Origin: Rebecca billardiae RCC1528 | Taxonomy: Eukaryota; Protista; Haptophyta | Direction of reading: 5' to 3' | Assembly (NCBI GenBank): GCA_965240325.2 | Contig: OZ251239.1 | Location: forward strand, 124,001 to 188,000 | DNA length: 64,000 bases | Shown: positions 36,320 through 48,367 of the stretch, piece by piece | Position numbering within the stretch: the stretch's first letter is position 1 | Layout of the letters: every line of letters begins with the position of its first letter | Made by a program: the position numbers and the translations under genes | Notes under the pieces: generated by a model | Databases searched by the model: none | Told to the model about the DNA's origin: nothing | Seen by the model: only the letters and a program-made list of their open reading frames with translations

Positions 36320-39300
36320 TCATCCGCACGCCACGTCATGCGCGAGTGGGCGGTGCGTGTGCTCGCGCGACAGGACCTCGCCCTCGCCATCGTCCGCCTC
36401 CGTCGGGCGCGCGAGCGGCTCGAGGTCGGAGCCATGCGGCGGCGCGCTCGCGGCCTGCGGCGGCGCCGCGCGCAGCGCGCGCGCGAGCACGCTCGCGACG
36501 CTCGCGGCCTCGCTCGGCTGCGCGCCGCCCTCCGCGCCGCCGCGCTTGGGCGCGTGCGCGGCGTGCGCGGCGGCGAAGTGCTCGAGCGCGCCGACGAGCT
36601 GCGCCTGCTGCGCCGGCGGCAGCGGCGCGGCCGGCGCGCCGAGGCTCAGGTTGTACAAGGCTTTGCAAGCGAGCACGCTCAGCTCGAGCGGCGCGCTCGC
36701 GTCGCCGAGGAGGTGTTCGAGAAGCTCGGCCAGAGTCTCGGCGGCGCCGGCGTCGTCGAGCGCGCGGCGGTGCGCCGGGTCGGCGGAGAGGTTGACGAGC
36801 GCGCCGCACACCGCGAGGAGCACGCCGTCCGACGAGTGCCCGAGGAGCAGCATCAACGCCTCGTGCGCGCGCGCGCGCACGAGCGCAGCCCGCACCTCGG
36901 GCGCGCGCGAGCAGTTGCCGAGCGCGCGCGCGCCCTCTGTCGCCGCCTCGGGGTTCGGGTGGAGCAGCAGCGCGGTGAGCGCGCGCGCGAGGCGCGAGGG
37001 CTCGCGCAGCAGCGTGGGCGCCGCGTGCGCTGCGGCGGGCTGCCTGTAGTACGAGATGTTCGTGATCGCGCTCGCCGTGTTGAGGAGCAGCTCCTGCGGC
37101 GGCAGCACCGCGGCGGCGGCAGCACAGCGGCGGCGGCGGCGGCAGCGGCAGCAGAACAGCGGCGGGGGCGGCGGCAGCAGCGGCGGCAGCAGCAGCGGGG
37201 GCAGCAGCAGCGGGGCAGGGCAGGGGCGCAGGCGGCCGAGGGCGCGCGGGAGCGAGCGCAGCCGGCGGGCGGCGCGAGCGTGAGCCGCGCGTGCGCCGCC
37301 CCCTCCGCAGCGCGCACGGGCTCGGCCCAGCGCGCAGCACGCGCGCGGGCGGCGGGCGGCGCGCGCGCGCGAGGCGCTCGCGCTCGCGCCGCCGCGCTCG
37401 CGCGCCGCTCGGCACACGGCGCGCGCGCTTCTCCGCGCGCTCGCGCGCGCGCGCACACCTCCGCGCCCTCCGCCGCGCGCGCCTCGAGCAACTGGACCAG
37501 CGCCCCCGCCTCCGCGCGCCCGGCCAGTTCCGCGCCCACCTCGGCGTTCATCGCCAGGTGCGCGAGGAGGCGCACCAGCTTGATGAGCGCGTCGGCGGCG
37601 GGGGAGACAGCAGGGTGTGCGCTGGCGCTGGCGCTGGCGGGCGCGCTCGCCGGCGCTGGAGCCGCCGCGCCGCCGCCGCCCGCCTCGGCCGCCTCCGCGC
37701 CGGCTGGTGAGGCGTCTGTGCGCTCGGGCGGCGCGCCGGCCGGGTGCTGCGCTGCCAGCAGCTCGGTGGTCCGCTGCTGCAGCTGCGCAAGCACGGTGTC
37801 CAAGCCTGTGCGTGCGCGTGTGCGCGCGCGCGGCGCGAGGCGGCGCCGCGGGTGGCGGTGGGTGCGCGGACGGGCCGGGGGGCAAGCACACCGATCAGGG
37901 CGAGTGCGCGCGCGCGCGAGGACACTCAGGCCGCGCGCCCAGAGATTTCTTTTTCGTTTCGCCTTTTCTTCCTTTCCCCACCGGCGCGTGAAGACACCTG
38001 GGCTGGCTGCCAGCCGCAGCCGGGCGGCGAACGGCAGGCCAGGCGGAGGGGCAGCCGAAGCCCTGCAGACCAACCGACCAGACCGACCAGACCGGCTGGC
38101 CGGGGCCTGGCCGGGGCCAGCGGCGCGGCGGCGCGCGGGCGCGCCCCGCAGTCCGTACGCTCCGGCGCGCGCCGCGCCGCCCGCCCGGCCGGCGCCGCTC
38201 GCGCCTCGCAGCCCGGCGCGCCGCGCGCGCGCGCGCGCACCGCCGAGCTCGAACGCGATCCTGCGCCTGTTCGCGTCGTTGCTCGCGCTGAGGTTGCCCA
38301 GCACGAACGCCACGCGGATGAGCAGCTGCTCATTGTCCGCGTGCGCGCGCAGCACGCCCACGAGCGCGCGCAGCCGCCGAGGCTGGGCGTTAATCACAGC
38401 GCGCGCCTCCTCCTGCAGCGTGAGCTTGGCGAGCAGTCGGAAGGCGTTGAGGCAGAGCTCGGCGCCCGGCGCGCGCACCGCGCTGCCGAGCAGCGGCGCC
38501 GCGGGCGCCTCGCACCACTCGCACAGCGCCTCGACGACGCCGGCCGAAACGAGCGCGCGCCGCTGCGCCGCCGACGCCGCCGCTACATTGCGCAGCAGCG
38601 CGATCGCCTGCGTCGCCAGCTGCACGCCCGCGTCGCCGCGCGCGAGCTCCGGCTCGCGCAGCGCGCGCGCGAGCACCTCGATCCCGCCCGCGCCCGCGAG
38701 CGCGCGCGCGTTCTCCGCGCTCGCCCCCGTCGAGTTCTTGAGGCAGCCGAGGGCGAAGACCAACGGCTCGCGCAGAGGCGCCAGCTCGGCCGCGGCGGCC
38801 AGCGCAGCGGCGGAGCGCGGCGTGGAGGGGCCGCCGCCGCCGGCGCCGGCGCCGACGGCGCGGCCACCGCGCGGCGTGGCGGAGGGCGTGCCCGCGGGGG
38901 TGCCGCCGCCCTGCTGCCCCGCCGCCGCGCCCGCCAACGTCACCGCGCCGAGCAGCAGCTCGAGCAGCCGCGCCACCGTGCCCTCCTCGCGCATGTGCTC
39001 ATCGTTCGACTCGCGCTTCGAGAGGCGAAACAGCAGCTTGGTCGCCGACAGCAGCGGCGCGTGCGCGGCGGCGGCGTGCGCGTGCGCGGGGAGCGCGCCG
39101 AGCGTGTCCTCCGAGCCGCGCGCGCGCGCGCCCGCGCCCGGCTCCGCCGCGCCGCCGCCCGCCGCCGCGGGCGCGCCCGCGCCGCCGCCGCCCGCCGCCG
39201 CGCCCGCGCCTGCGGCCGCGGCCGCGCCGCCGGGCGCAAAGAACCGCACACACACGTTGCACAGCCTGAGCACTACGACCGGGTCGCGCGCCTCCATCAG

Positions 39301-39981
39301 CGGGGCGATGGCGTCGAGCACGCGCGCGCGCTGCCGCGCGCGCTGCGAGCCGTCGAGCGCCGCGCACAGCCGCTCCACCGCCGCCTCCAGCGCGCGGCAC
39401 TGCTCGCGCACCGGCGGCGCGGCCGAGCCATCGACCGAGCGCGGCGACAAGCGCGCGAGCGGCTCGAGCTCGCGCTCGACGTGGAGCCAGAGCTTGTACT
39501 GCTCGGCGTCGAGGCCGCCCGTCGAGCCGTCCAGCTCGAGGCTCGCGTGCTCGATCGCGAGCACCAGCTCCGCCGCCGAGCCCACCGACGTGAGCGAGTT
39601 GCGGCGCGAGCTCGGGTTGGACGAGCTCGTCGCCGCGAGCTCGGCGGCCGCGTGCGCGCGCGCGGCGGCGGCCTGCGCGATGGGCATCCGGTCCTGGTGG
39701 GCGACGCCCCGCAGTGGCATCCGCCCCGGCTGCATGCCCGGCGCGCCGCCCCGCCCGCTCGAGAAGTGGCTCGCGCTCACCGCGTACGACGACGACGGCC
39801 GGGCGCCATACTCGCCCGCGGCGCCGCCGCCGTCCGCGGGCAGGTTGAAGAGGTGGCGGCCGGTGTCCGCGGGGGTGAAGGGGCGGGAGGGGTGCGCGAG
39901 CGACGCGCGCGCCTGCGCGATCGTCGACGAGATCGCCGAGCGCGCCCGGATGGGCGCCTCGCCGCCGTCGAGGCCAGGCAT
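36320..39981 (-). CDS. ARMC2: Armadillo repeat-containing protein 2 (flagellar), introns 37806-38240 and 37094-37458
   Basis: N-terminal QARASLAHPSRPFTP. ARM repeats KLLFRLSKRESND, LLIRVAFVLGNLSASND, DALIKLVRLLAHLA, ELLLNTASAITNISYY, EGARALGNCSR, VCGALVNLSADP. Confidence 0.82.
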
Positions 39982-40565
39982 GGGCGCCGTGGCGGTTTGG
40001 AGCAGGCGCGGCAGCCACACGCTTTTGACTCCGCGCGTTTCGCTCGGCACTCCGCACGGAGAAGCTTGGGTGCGGCGGCGCCCGGCGGCACTCGGATACC
40101 CGCCCGCCCGCTGGGCGCGCGATACGCGGGTAGCTCCTTCGCATATGTAAATGGTCAAGGGAAATAGCCGTAAATAGTACCGATTCGTGATTCGTCTCAT
40201 TACGCGGGGCCTTCGTGAACCGCCACCGGACCTGTGGATCCATCGAGCCGGACCGACTCCGAGGAAAATGTCGGCCGCCGGACCAAGGAATTTGCCCAGG
40301 CCGCGGCGCGAAAGCCCAGAACGGCCGGCCGCGCCGGTCAGGATCACCGGCCATCCAGTCGCTAACTGCCCGCCCCGCCATCCGCTCCCGCCCCAAAACG
40401 CACGAGGTGCGCCACACGCCTCGGCCGCACGCACGCGCTGCGCTCGAGCGGCGAGACTCTGCGCGCGCGCGCGCAGAGCAGCGCTGCTTACGTGCTCACC
40501 CGCTCGCGCCGCGCGTCGCCTCCACGCGCCCGCCGCCCGCGCCGCGCCGTGCGCCGCAGACCGCG

Positions 40566-42299
40566 ATGGCCTCCTCGCTCACGCTCACGCCGTGCCTCAC
40601 GGACAACCTCGTGATCATCGTGGACAACCCGCCCAAGTCGAAGCCCCCGAGCCGCATGACCTCGCCCGACAACTCGCGCACCCCGTCCCCCTCCAAGCTC
40701 GGCGCGCGCGCCTGCGCCGCCGAGCAGCTCTACGCGCAGACGATGCAGCAGCGGCGCGAGAAGGCGGAGGCGCTCGGCTCGAAGCGCGTCGAGCGCGCGC
40801 TGTTCAAGCGCTCGGAGAAGGAGGCCGCGGCGGTGCGCGCGCTCGCGTCGCGCATGGCCTCCGCCGAGGAGAACCTCCACCTCAGCCGCAAGCAGCAGAT
40901 CGAGAAGTTCGAGCGCGCACGCTTCCTGCGTCAGGCGGCGCTCGACGCCCGGCACAAGATGCAGGCGGCGCGCTCGGAGCGCGCCGAGTCGGACGCGGCG
41001 AAGGAGGCGAAGGCCGCGGCGAAGCGCGCGGCGCTGCTCGGCCAGATCGCCAAGACCAACGCCGCCAAGTACCACCGCGCCAAGGAGATCGTCTCCGCCC
41101 TCCGCTCCGACGCGTGCGCGCGCCGCGCCGAGGCGGCTCTCTGTGAGCGGCTCGAGGCGCGCGCGGCCGCGCGCGAGGACGCGCTGGCGGAGCGGCTGAC
41201 GCCGGTGAAGGCGCACAACGAGCGCGTGCGCTCGGTGGCGAACCGCGCGGCGGCCGAGCGCGCCGCCAAGGCCGCCGAGGCCGAGATGGCCGTGCGCGCC
41301 AAGGAGGCGCGCGTGGCCGCCAAGCGCGCCGAGACGGTGGGCGCGACAGCCGCCAAGGCCGCCAGCCGCAACGAGGCCGCGGCCACGCGCAAGGCGAAGG
41401 CGGAGGAGGTGGCGCAGGCGGCGAAGGCGCAGGCGCTCCGCGCGATGTTCACGCGGCTGCAGACCGCGCGCACCGCGCGCGACGCCGGCCTCGCCGCGCC
41501 CACCAAGCAGGCCAAGGCGCGGCTCGCGTCGCTCGCCGCCGAGGCGCGCGCGCTCGGCGCGCCCGCGCTCGGCCTCGCCGTTCTGGAGCCGCCGAAGAAG
41601 GCGATCCGGCCGCAGCTCGCGGCGCGGCTCTCGGCGTGCCGCGGCGAGGAGCACGTGCAGCGCACGCGGATGCTCGCCGAGCGCCGCGCGATCGGCGCCA
41701 CCGGCCGCGTCTGGGCGCGCCGCCACCTGGTGCAAGGGCTGGCCAGGCAGCACTGGGCGTCGGTGCAGGCGGCGCGCGCGCGCGTCGCGGCCGCGCGCGC
41801 CGCGCTCGCCGAGCGGAGCGCGGCGCGCGCCGCGAGCGCGGGCGCGCGCGTCGAGGGGATCAAGGCGGCGCGCGTGGCCAAGGCGAAGGCCGCGTCGACT
41901 CGGCGCGCCGACGCGGCGCGCCGCCGCGCCGCGGCCGCCGAGGCGGCTGTGGCCAAGGCGGACGCGGCGGCGGACGCCGTGCGCGCCGCGCGCGGCCGGC
42001 GCGCGGCCGCGCTCGCCAAGACCCGGGCGGCCGCCGTCCGGACCGAGGTCAAGCTCGTCGCTGCGGCGCGCAAGCGCGCGGCGCGCAAGCGCACGCTGCG
42101 CGCGGCGCACGCCAAGCACGCCGGCGCCGGCGTGCGCGCGGCCGCGCGCCGCGCGCTCAAGCTGCAGGGCCGCGCGGCGCGCGCGCGCATGCTCGCCGAC
42201 CGCGCGCGCTACCACGCGCCCGCGGCCGCCGCAGAGGTGGACGCCGCCTCGCACGCCCCGGCGGCCGAGGCGCCCGCCATCACGATCACGCCGGCCTGA
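40566..42299 (+). CDS. Ala/Lys/Arg-rich coiled-coil protein
   Basis: 577-aa ORF with strong GC3 bias (aag/gag codons), helical composition, divergent from ARMC2. Confidence 0.75.
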   Translation: MASSLTLTPCLTDNLVIIVDNPPKSKPPSRMTSPDNSRTPSPSKLGARACAAEQLYAQTMQQRREKAEALGSKRVERALFKRSEKEAAAVRALASRMASAEENLHLSRKQQIEKFERARFLRQAALDARHKMQAARSERAESDAAKEAKAAAKRAALLGQIAKTNAAKYHRAKEIVSALRSDACARRAEAALCERLEARAAAREDALAERLTPVKAHNERVRSVANRAAAERAAKAAEAEMAVRAKEARVAAKRAETVGATAAKAASRNEAAATRKAKAEEVAQAAKAQALRAMFTRLQTARTARDAGLAAPTKQAKARLASLAAEARALGAPALGLAVLEPPKKAIRPQLAARLSACRGEEHVQRTRMLAERRAIGATGRVWARRHLVQGLARQHWASVQAARARVAAARAALAERSAARAASAGARVEGIKAARVAKAKAASTRRADAARRRAAAAEAAVAKADAAADAVRAARGRRAAALAKTRAAAVRTEVKLVAAARKRAARKRTLRAAHAKHAGAGVRAAARRALKLQGRAARARMLADRARYHAPAAAAEVDAASHAPAAEAPAITITPA

Positions 42300-42484
42300 A
42301 CGCCGCCCGGATGAGGGGCGGCGGCCCGACACGAGCCGAGTCCACGGCCATCGGCCGGCTGAGCCGCGCAGAGTGAGTCTCAGACCAGACTCAGAGGATT
42401 CATCATCATCGACATCGTCGATCGTCTATGACTCGAGGCCTCACGGACACTGCTACTGCCATCCGTGTAGTACAACGACATGCG

Positions 42485-43549
42485 CTAGTTAGCTACAGTA
42501 GGCTGACGACGGCGCTCGATCGTCGTGCTGCGGCCATCAGAATACTCCGACGATGTGGATGACGATGGATCGGCGGCCGAGTCGATCATCGTCATATCGG
42601 AGTCTGTATCGGGACCATCATCGGCCTCGGATGATGACGACCACTCCTTCAGCGTTTTGAGCGGGTGGAAGACAAGCAGCTTCGGGCCGGCATGGTGCCT
42701 CGACGCCGCCTTCTCGAGCGCCGCGCGCGCCTCCCACCTGTGCACATCCGGCCGCCAGCGCACCACCCCCACATCGCCGCGTGAAGCCATGTCCTCCACA
42801 CCGCCGCCGAGCTCTCGCGCATGCTGCGCGGCGAGCGTGGGTAGGAAGACCTCATGATGGCCCGTGTGCCCATCGCCGAGCATGCCGTAGCACAACCGTG
42901 CGAGCGCCCGGTCCACGCGGATCACAGGCAGCAGCGCCGCCGCGTGCCTGGGCTGCCTCCCCTCGGCCGCTCCGCGGCGAGAGCGCTTGGCGCAGATCGA
43001 GCAGCGGCGCCAGTGCCAGCGCGAGGGATAGCGCGCCTCCATGTCCATGTGCCCGTCGAAGCCCAGCCTGGGCACGATCAGACTGGCGTTGCTCGCGCGG
43101 TACCGCCAGAGCAGAGCCTCCCAGCGCCCGCCGATGACGAACGCGTCCGCCTCCACGATCCACGCGCGCCGCAGCTCGGACTTGGCGAGCCACCGGATGG
43201 CTGCTGGCTTCACGGGCGCGCCGTAGATGCCGGCAAACGTCTTGTACGCCTTTCCATACGCGCGGTACTCGGTCTTGCGCCGCGCCGGTATGCGCACGAT
43301 ACTTTGTGGGTCTGCGCTCATGCCCCGGCAGCGGATGTCGCTCGCCTCGAGCGCGTGCGAATTGTGCGACCCGTGGTGCGGGCGGTCTGCGTCGTAAACG
43401 ACGTGAAGACGGAGCAGCTCCGACGAGGAGAACTCACGCACGAGGTCGCATGTCTTCGCATCGAGCTTGTGCAGCGTGAGGATCACTGCTTCGCGTGGCT
43501 CGCCTGGCGTCAGGGCCGCAGCCATCATGACGGCCGACGCCGCCGCCAT
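42485..43549 (-). CDS. DUF3405-like putative glycosyltransferase-fold protein
   Basis: AWIVEAD..GGRW..WHW..LLPVIRV..GHHEVFLPT..VRWRP..VFHPLK motif order. Acidic/Ser tail. Intronless; start codon uncertain. Confidence 0.6.
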   Translation of the reverse strand: MAAASAVMMAAALTPGEPREAVILTLHKLDAKTCDLVREFSSSELLRLHVVYDADRPHHGSHNSHALEASDIRCRGMSADPQSIVRIPARRKTEYRAYGKAYKTFAGIYGAPVKPAAIRWLAKSELRRAWIVEADAFVIGGRWEALLWRYRASNASLIVPRLGFDGHMDMEARYPSRWHWRRCSICAKRSRRGAAEGRQPRHAAALLPVIRVDRALARLCYGMLGDGHTGHHEVFLPTLAAQHARELGGGVEDMASRGDVGVVRWRPDVHRWEARAALEKAASRHHAGPKLLVFHPLKTLKEWSSSSEADDGPDTDSDMTMIDSAADPSSSTSSEYSDGRSTTIERRRQPTVAN

Positions 43550-43978
43550 TTCTGCACGCGGGTACAATATTAGTAGGATATTAGTACTACAGCAGCCACT
43601 AGCCATCATTGCCGCGATGTAAAGTAAGCTACTGCGCAGTAAGTGATGACACGCACTGACTGCCACAAGTACCGCGCTATACTGAGTACTCGAAGCATCT
43701 CGTCCAATCTCGCGATTGACGACTCGCGTGACGCGCGGCGCGCGGCGCCGCATTCAGCATTGCTGGCGTCGCCGGAAAGGGCTCAAAGGCTGCGACTGGC
43801 GCGGCCAGCCTGGCAGCCGTGCGTGCTAGCCACAGCTGCAGTGGCTCCGGCAGCGGCACGGTGATGAGTAAGAGCGGCAGCAGCCGCGGCCATCGCCGCG
43901 GCCATCGCGCCCAATGGCAGCTTCGACGGGGCGTTGGGCTCGGCATCCCGCGCGGACAGCCCCGGCCAGCCAGCCCCG

Positions 43979-46900
43979 TCAGCGGCCGTCGTGAGGCACG
44001 CACAGCGAGAGGTTGACGCTCACAAACTCGGAGAGCAGCGACTGCGCGCGCTCCATCCAGGCGGGTGTCCGTGCCGCGTCGGGAGTGGCTGTCCCTGTGC
44101 GGCGCGGCGACGGGGAGGGGTGCGCCGGCGCGCCGATGAGTTTGGAGCCTGCCTGAGCCTGAGCAGGCGCGCCGCACGCCGAGCGCGGCCAGCGCACGCA
44201 CGCGCGCGCACCGTGGGCCCAGCCGAGCATGAAGCGAGCATGCCTGTGCGCGATCTTGCATAGGTGCGCGTACACGGCGGTGCGGCGTGCCCTGTGGCGG
44301 CAGCGCGGGCGCGACGCACGCGGCGCGTGTGAGCGCACGGCACTCGCGCGCTGCGGGACGAGCGCGCGGCGCGCGGGCGGCGCGGCGCGCACTCGGCCTG
44401 CGTGCTGAGCTGAGGGGAGCCGTGAATGGCGCGGCGCACGGTCTGCTTGACCAGCTCGCGAAGTGCGTCGCGCGCGCGCGCAGCCTCGCCGTCGGCGGGG
44501 CCGCCGATCGCCGCGGCCCCGGCCTCGCCAGACCTGCGAGGGGCGGAGAGCGGCGGTGCTGACTCGTCAGCTGAGTCGCTACAGCTGCTGTGCCCGCCGC
44601 CGTGCGCCCGCCGTGCCGGTTCGAACGCCGACGCGAGCGCTCGGCGCGGCTTGCACTCGGCGCGCAGCGCGAGCGCCGCGTCGGCGTCGGCAGCGCCCGC
44701 GCAGGGCGCGATGGTCGCATCGGCTGCGGGGGCGGCGCCATCAGCCGCGCTCCCCACGTCCGCGGTGCCCGGCGCAGCGGCGCTGGCTGCTTTCGGCACA
44801 ATGGGGAGCGCCACTGCCGCCGCCTCCGATGCCGCGGCCGCGCCGCCCATCCGCCCCTGCGCGCACGCGGCCGCGCGCCGCCGCTCCTCGCTCGACGGCA
44901 GCTGGCCCCACTCCAGCAGCTGCTGGATCGGCTCCGCAAGCGGCGAGCACTGCCCACTCCGCCCATCGGCGGCGGCGGGCGGCTCGGCCGCGGCGTCCGC
45001 TGCGTCGAGGGCGAACACAGGCTGCGCAGGCTGAGCCGAGGCAGGCGCGGCCGACTCGCGCCCGCAGGCGAGCGCCGGCGGCGGTGCGCGCAGAGACACG
45101 GGCAGGGCATCCGCGGATCGCCAATCCGGCGCGATCGGCGGGGCGAGGGCCTCGGACAGGCCGGGTGGCTGCCCGCAACCGCTCAGCGGCTCCTGAGGAT
45201 GGGACCCCGGTAGCGGCTCCGCCACCGGCCAGAGCGGAGGCGGAGGCGAACGGACCGGTGGCGGCCCATCGCCGTGCAGCAACGGTGGTGCCGCCGCAAA
45301 GCGAGGCGGCTCAGCAGGGCCGGCATCGGGTGGCTGCCCTGCCTCCCGTGTCGGCCTGAGCGGCGGCGACTCGCCTGGAGAGCCCAGCCAGCGCTGGGCG
45401 TCTGCAGCTGGACGCGCCGGATGGGGGCTGTGCGCGCGCTGCCCGCCGCGTGGCGCGCACGCGGGCGCCGTGGTGGCATCGGCCGCGTGGAGCTCCGGCG
45501 CGCGCCGCTCGGCGCGTGGGAGGACCACCCTGCGCGGCGCCAGATGCCGCGCCGCTCGTGGCGGCACGCCCGTGCTGCTGCCGTCTCGCTCGCCGTTGGC
45601 CGGCTGAGGCAGCCGCGCGCCGCCGCGCGCCGGCTCCGCGCTCCAGGCGGCGGCAGCGTCGGCAAAGGTGGGCACAGGCGGTGGCGGCGCGGCGGTGGCC
45701 GGCCCGCCTCGCCCCATCCGCGCGACGGTGCGCCCGCGCTCGCCGGGGCGCACCATCTGCGCCGCCGGATGCGACGCGCTCGGCCAGCGCGCCGCCGCAG
45801 CGGTGCGCAGCGGAGGCGCGCGCGCCGCGCCGCCTGGCGGAGCGGAGGCCCCGCGCGAGCGCTTCTGCCCAGCCGCGCGTGCGCCGACCGCGTCGCCGCC
45901 GGCTGGGGCGCAGCGGGCGCGCAGCGCGGCGCGCTCCGCCTCGAGCGCCGCGCGGAGCTGCCGCTCGTCCGCGACGAGTGCGCTCGAGAGCTCGCGCGCG
46001 GCGCGGGCGAGCACCGTGCCGCGCGTCGCACGCAACGGTGCGATCGCGCCGGCGTGCGCGGCCGCAGCATGCGGCGCGGCGGGCAGCGACGAGCTGGCCG
46101 CGCCCGCCATCTGCGCGCCGCACGGCGCGGAGGAGCACGCGTCGAGCGTACCCGACGCACACGCCGCCAGCTCCTGCCCGTGGAAAATCCGGGCGGACGC
46201 CACGGCGGGCGGAGGCGGCGTGCTCGCGGGCCGTGCCGGTCCGTTCTCGTCGCGAGCGCGCTTGGCGCCGCGGCGCGCGAGCCAGCCCGGCCCGGTCGCG
46301 GCCTCGAGCCAGCGCTGCGCGCTCTTGGGCGAGACGGGTAGGCGCGGTAGCGAGCGCACCGCCGCCTCCGCCTGCTGCGCCGCGGACGAGAGCCACGCGT
46401 CCGCGCGCGCAGGCACGGCGGGTGAGAGCCCCGAGGGCGCAGCTGCGGCCGCGGAGGCGGCCGCGGCGGCGGCGGCGGCTCCGGCGCTGGCCGGCGTGGC
46501 GCCCGACGGGGCGGCGGGTGGCGAGGAGCAGCCGTCGGCGTCGGAGCAGTCCGCGTTGGCGCCGGGGGAGAGCGTGCGCGCGCGCCGCGCGCTCGGCGCG
46601 CCGACGACCGCCCCGTCGCACGCCGGCGCTGGCAGCGCATGCGGAGCGTCAAGCGCAGCCCAGGCGCCGCCCGCGGTGGTCGCGCCTGCGGCGGCCGAGC
46701 CGCTGTCGTCCTGTGCGCACAGCTCGGGGGAGCGCACGCTGTACAGCGCGCGCACGAGCGCGTGCAGGTGCGCCTGCGGGAGGAGCCACTGCGCGCGCAC
46801 GTGCTCGTCCGTGGCGCACCTGTACAGGAGCAGGTAGCGGCTGACCGGCGCGGGGACGGCGGCGCGCGCCGCGCTCGCTCCGGCCGAGCCGCCGTCGAGC

Positions 46901-48184
46901 AGCGGCGCGGTGCGGTCGAGTGAGGCCCGCAGCAGCAGCAGCGGCGGCAGCGCGTGCGGCGGCTCGGCAGCCGTCGGCGTGCACTGCGCCGCCGCCGCCG
47001 CCGTGCACGCCGCGCCAACCGCCGGCGGCGAGCAGATCGCGTCCGCACCGCTCGCGCCCGCCGCCGGCGCCGGCGCCGCGCCGTCCGCGGCCGGCGGCCG
47101 GCGCGTGAGGCCGCTCGTGGGCCGCGTGCACCAGCGCTCGAACCAGCTGCCCTCGCCGGGCGAGCCGTCCGCCGCGGCGGAGGCCGGCGGCGCGCGCGGC
47201 GTCACGCGCAGCCGAAGCGGGTGCAGCAGGTGCACGGGCAGCGCGCCCGGGTGCGGCGTCGCGTGCACGAGCCGCAGCGTCGCGCGGCGGCAGTCCAGCA
47301 CGGCGCTCAGCGCGCGGAGCTCGTGGTCTGGCGTGACGGGCGGCGGCGGGGCGGCGGCGGCGAGGTCGTCGTCGATGGTGAAGCGACACTCGGGCACGCC
47401 TCGCGCGCCGTCCGCGCCGCTCGTGCACGCGCTCGGCAGGCCGATCGGCGCTCGGAAGGCGAGCGAGCCGGCGAGGGCGGCGCTGAGCGCGCGGCCGAGC
47501 GCGCTCAGCGGCAGCCGGCGCATGGTCGGCAGGACGGAGGCCCATGCGCGTGCGCACGGGCCGTCGTGCGCCGGCGAGACGAGCGTGAGGCGCATCCTGC
47601 CGAAGCCGTCTCGCGCGCGGCACAGCGCGTTGTAGCATGCGACGCCCGGCGCGCATGCCGGGTCTGGCAGCACGTCATCGCCGCACGCGCTCAGCCAGAT
47701 GACATCGAGCGAGGCGTGCTGCGCACGAGGCGCGCACCGCACGAGGGCGTCCACGTGCGCGTCGAGCGCGTCCATCTGCTCCTCCACATTCGCGCTCGGC
47801 GGCTCGGCGGCCGCCGCCGCGCCGCGCGCGCGCGCGTCGCCGAGCCCGGCAGCCATGGCCGCCGCTGGCATCCAGCCCGCACCAGGAGCTGCGTCGTGGC
47901 CTGTGTGCACGCTGGTCAGCAGCGACGGCACTGCAGCGTCGTCGAGACCTGCGCGAATGCGAGCGGCGGCAGCGGCGGCGCACGCGCACGCGCTCAGCCG
48001 CTCGTCGGCCAGCAGGGCCGTTGCGCATGCAACGCGTCGCAGCCCGCGCGGAGCGAGCCCACACGCGCGCGCGCGCGCGCTGCCCGCGGGGCGCACCTGC
48101 GGCGAGAAGCGCGTCGTGGATGGTGTCCAGCAGCCCTTCCACGTGCGCGATCACCAGCACGTGCCGGCTCGTCGGCTGCGCCAT
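43979..48184 (-). CDS. Large hypothetical protein, spliced (introns ~47.95-48.10 kb, ~44.29-44.39 kb)
   Basis: ATG 48184 (MAQPTSRHVLVIAHVEG). Long GC3-biased exon. GT-AG introns with CG-repeat donors. Helical C-terminus LRELVKQTVRRAI..AVYAHLCKIAHRHARFML..ERAQSLLSEFV. Confidence 0.65.
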
Positions 48185-48367
48185 CGCCCGGCCCGCACCG
48201 CGCAGCGCTCGACGTGCGAGCCCTTGCTTCGCAAGCTCGCGATGGCCTCCCGGTTGCACAGCGTACTGTATGTATGCGCTGCTCACCAGCCGCCGCTCGC
48301 CAGCGCAGCGGGCAGCCGACTCTGATCGCGCGTGCTTGCTCAACGGCAGGTCAAGGGACTCCCTTGG

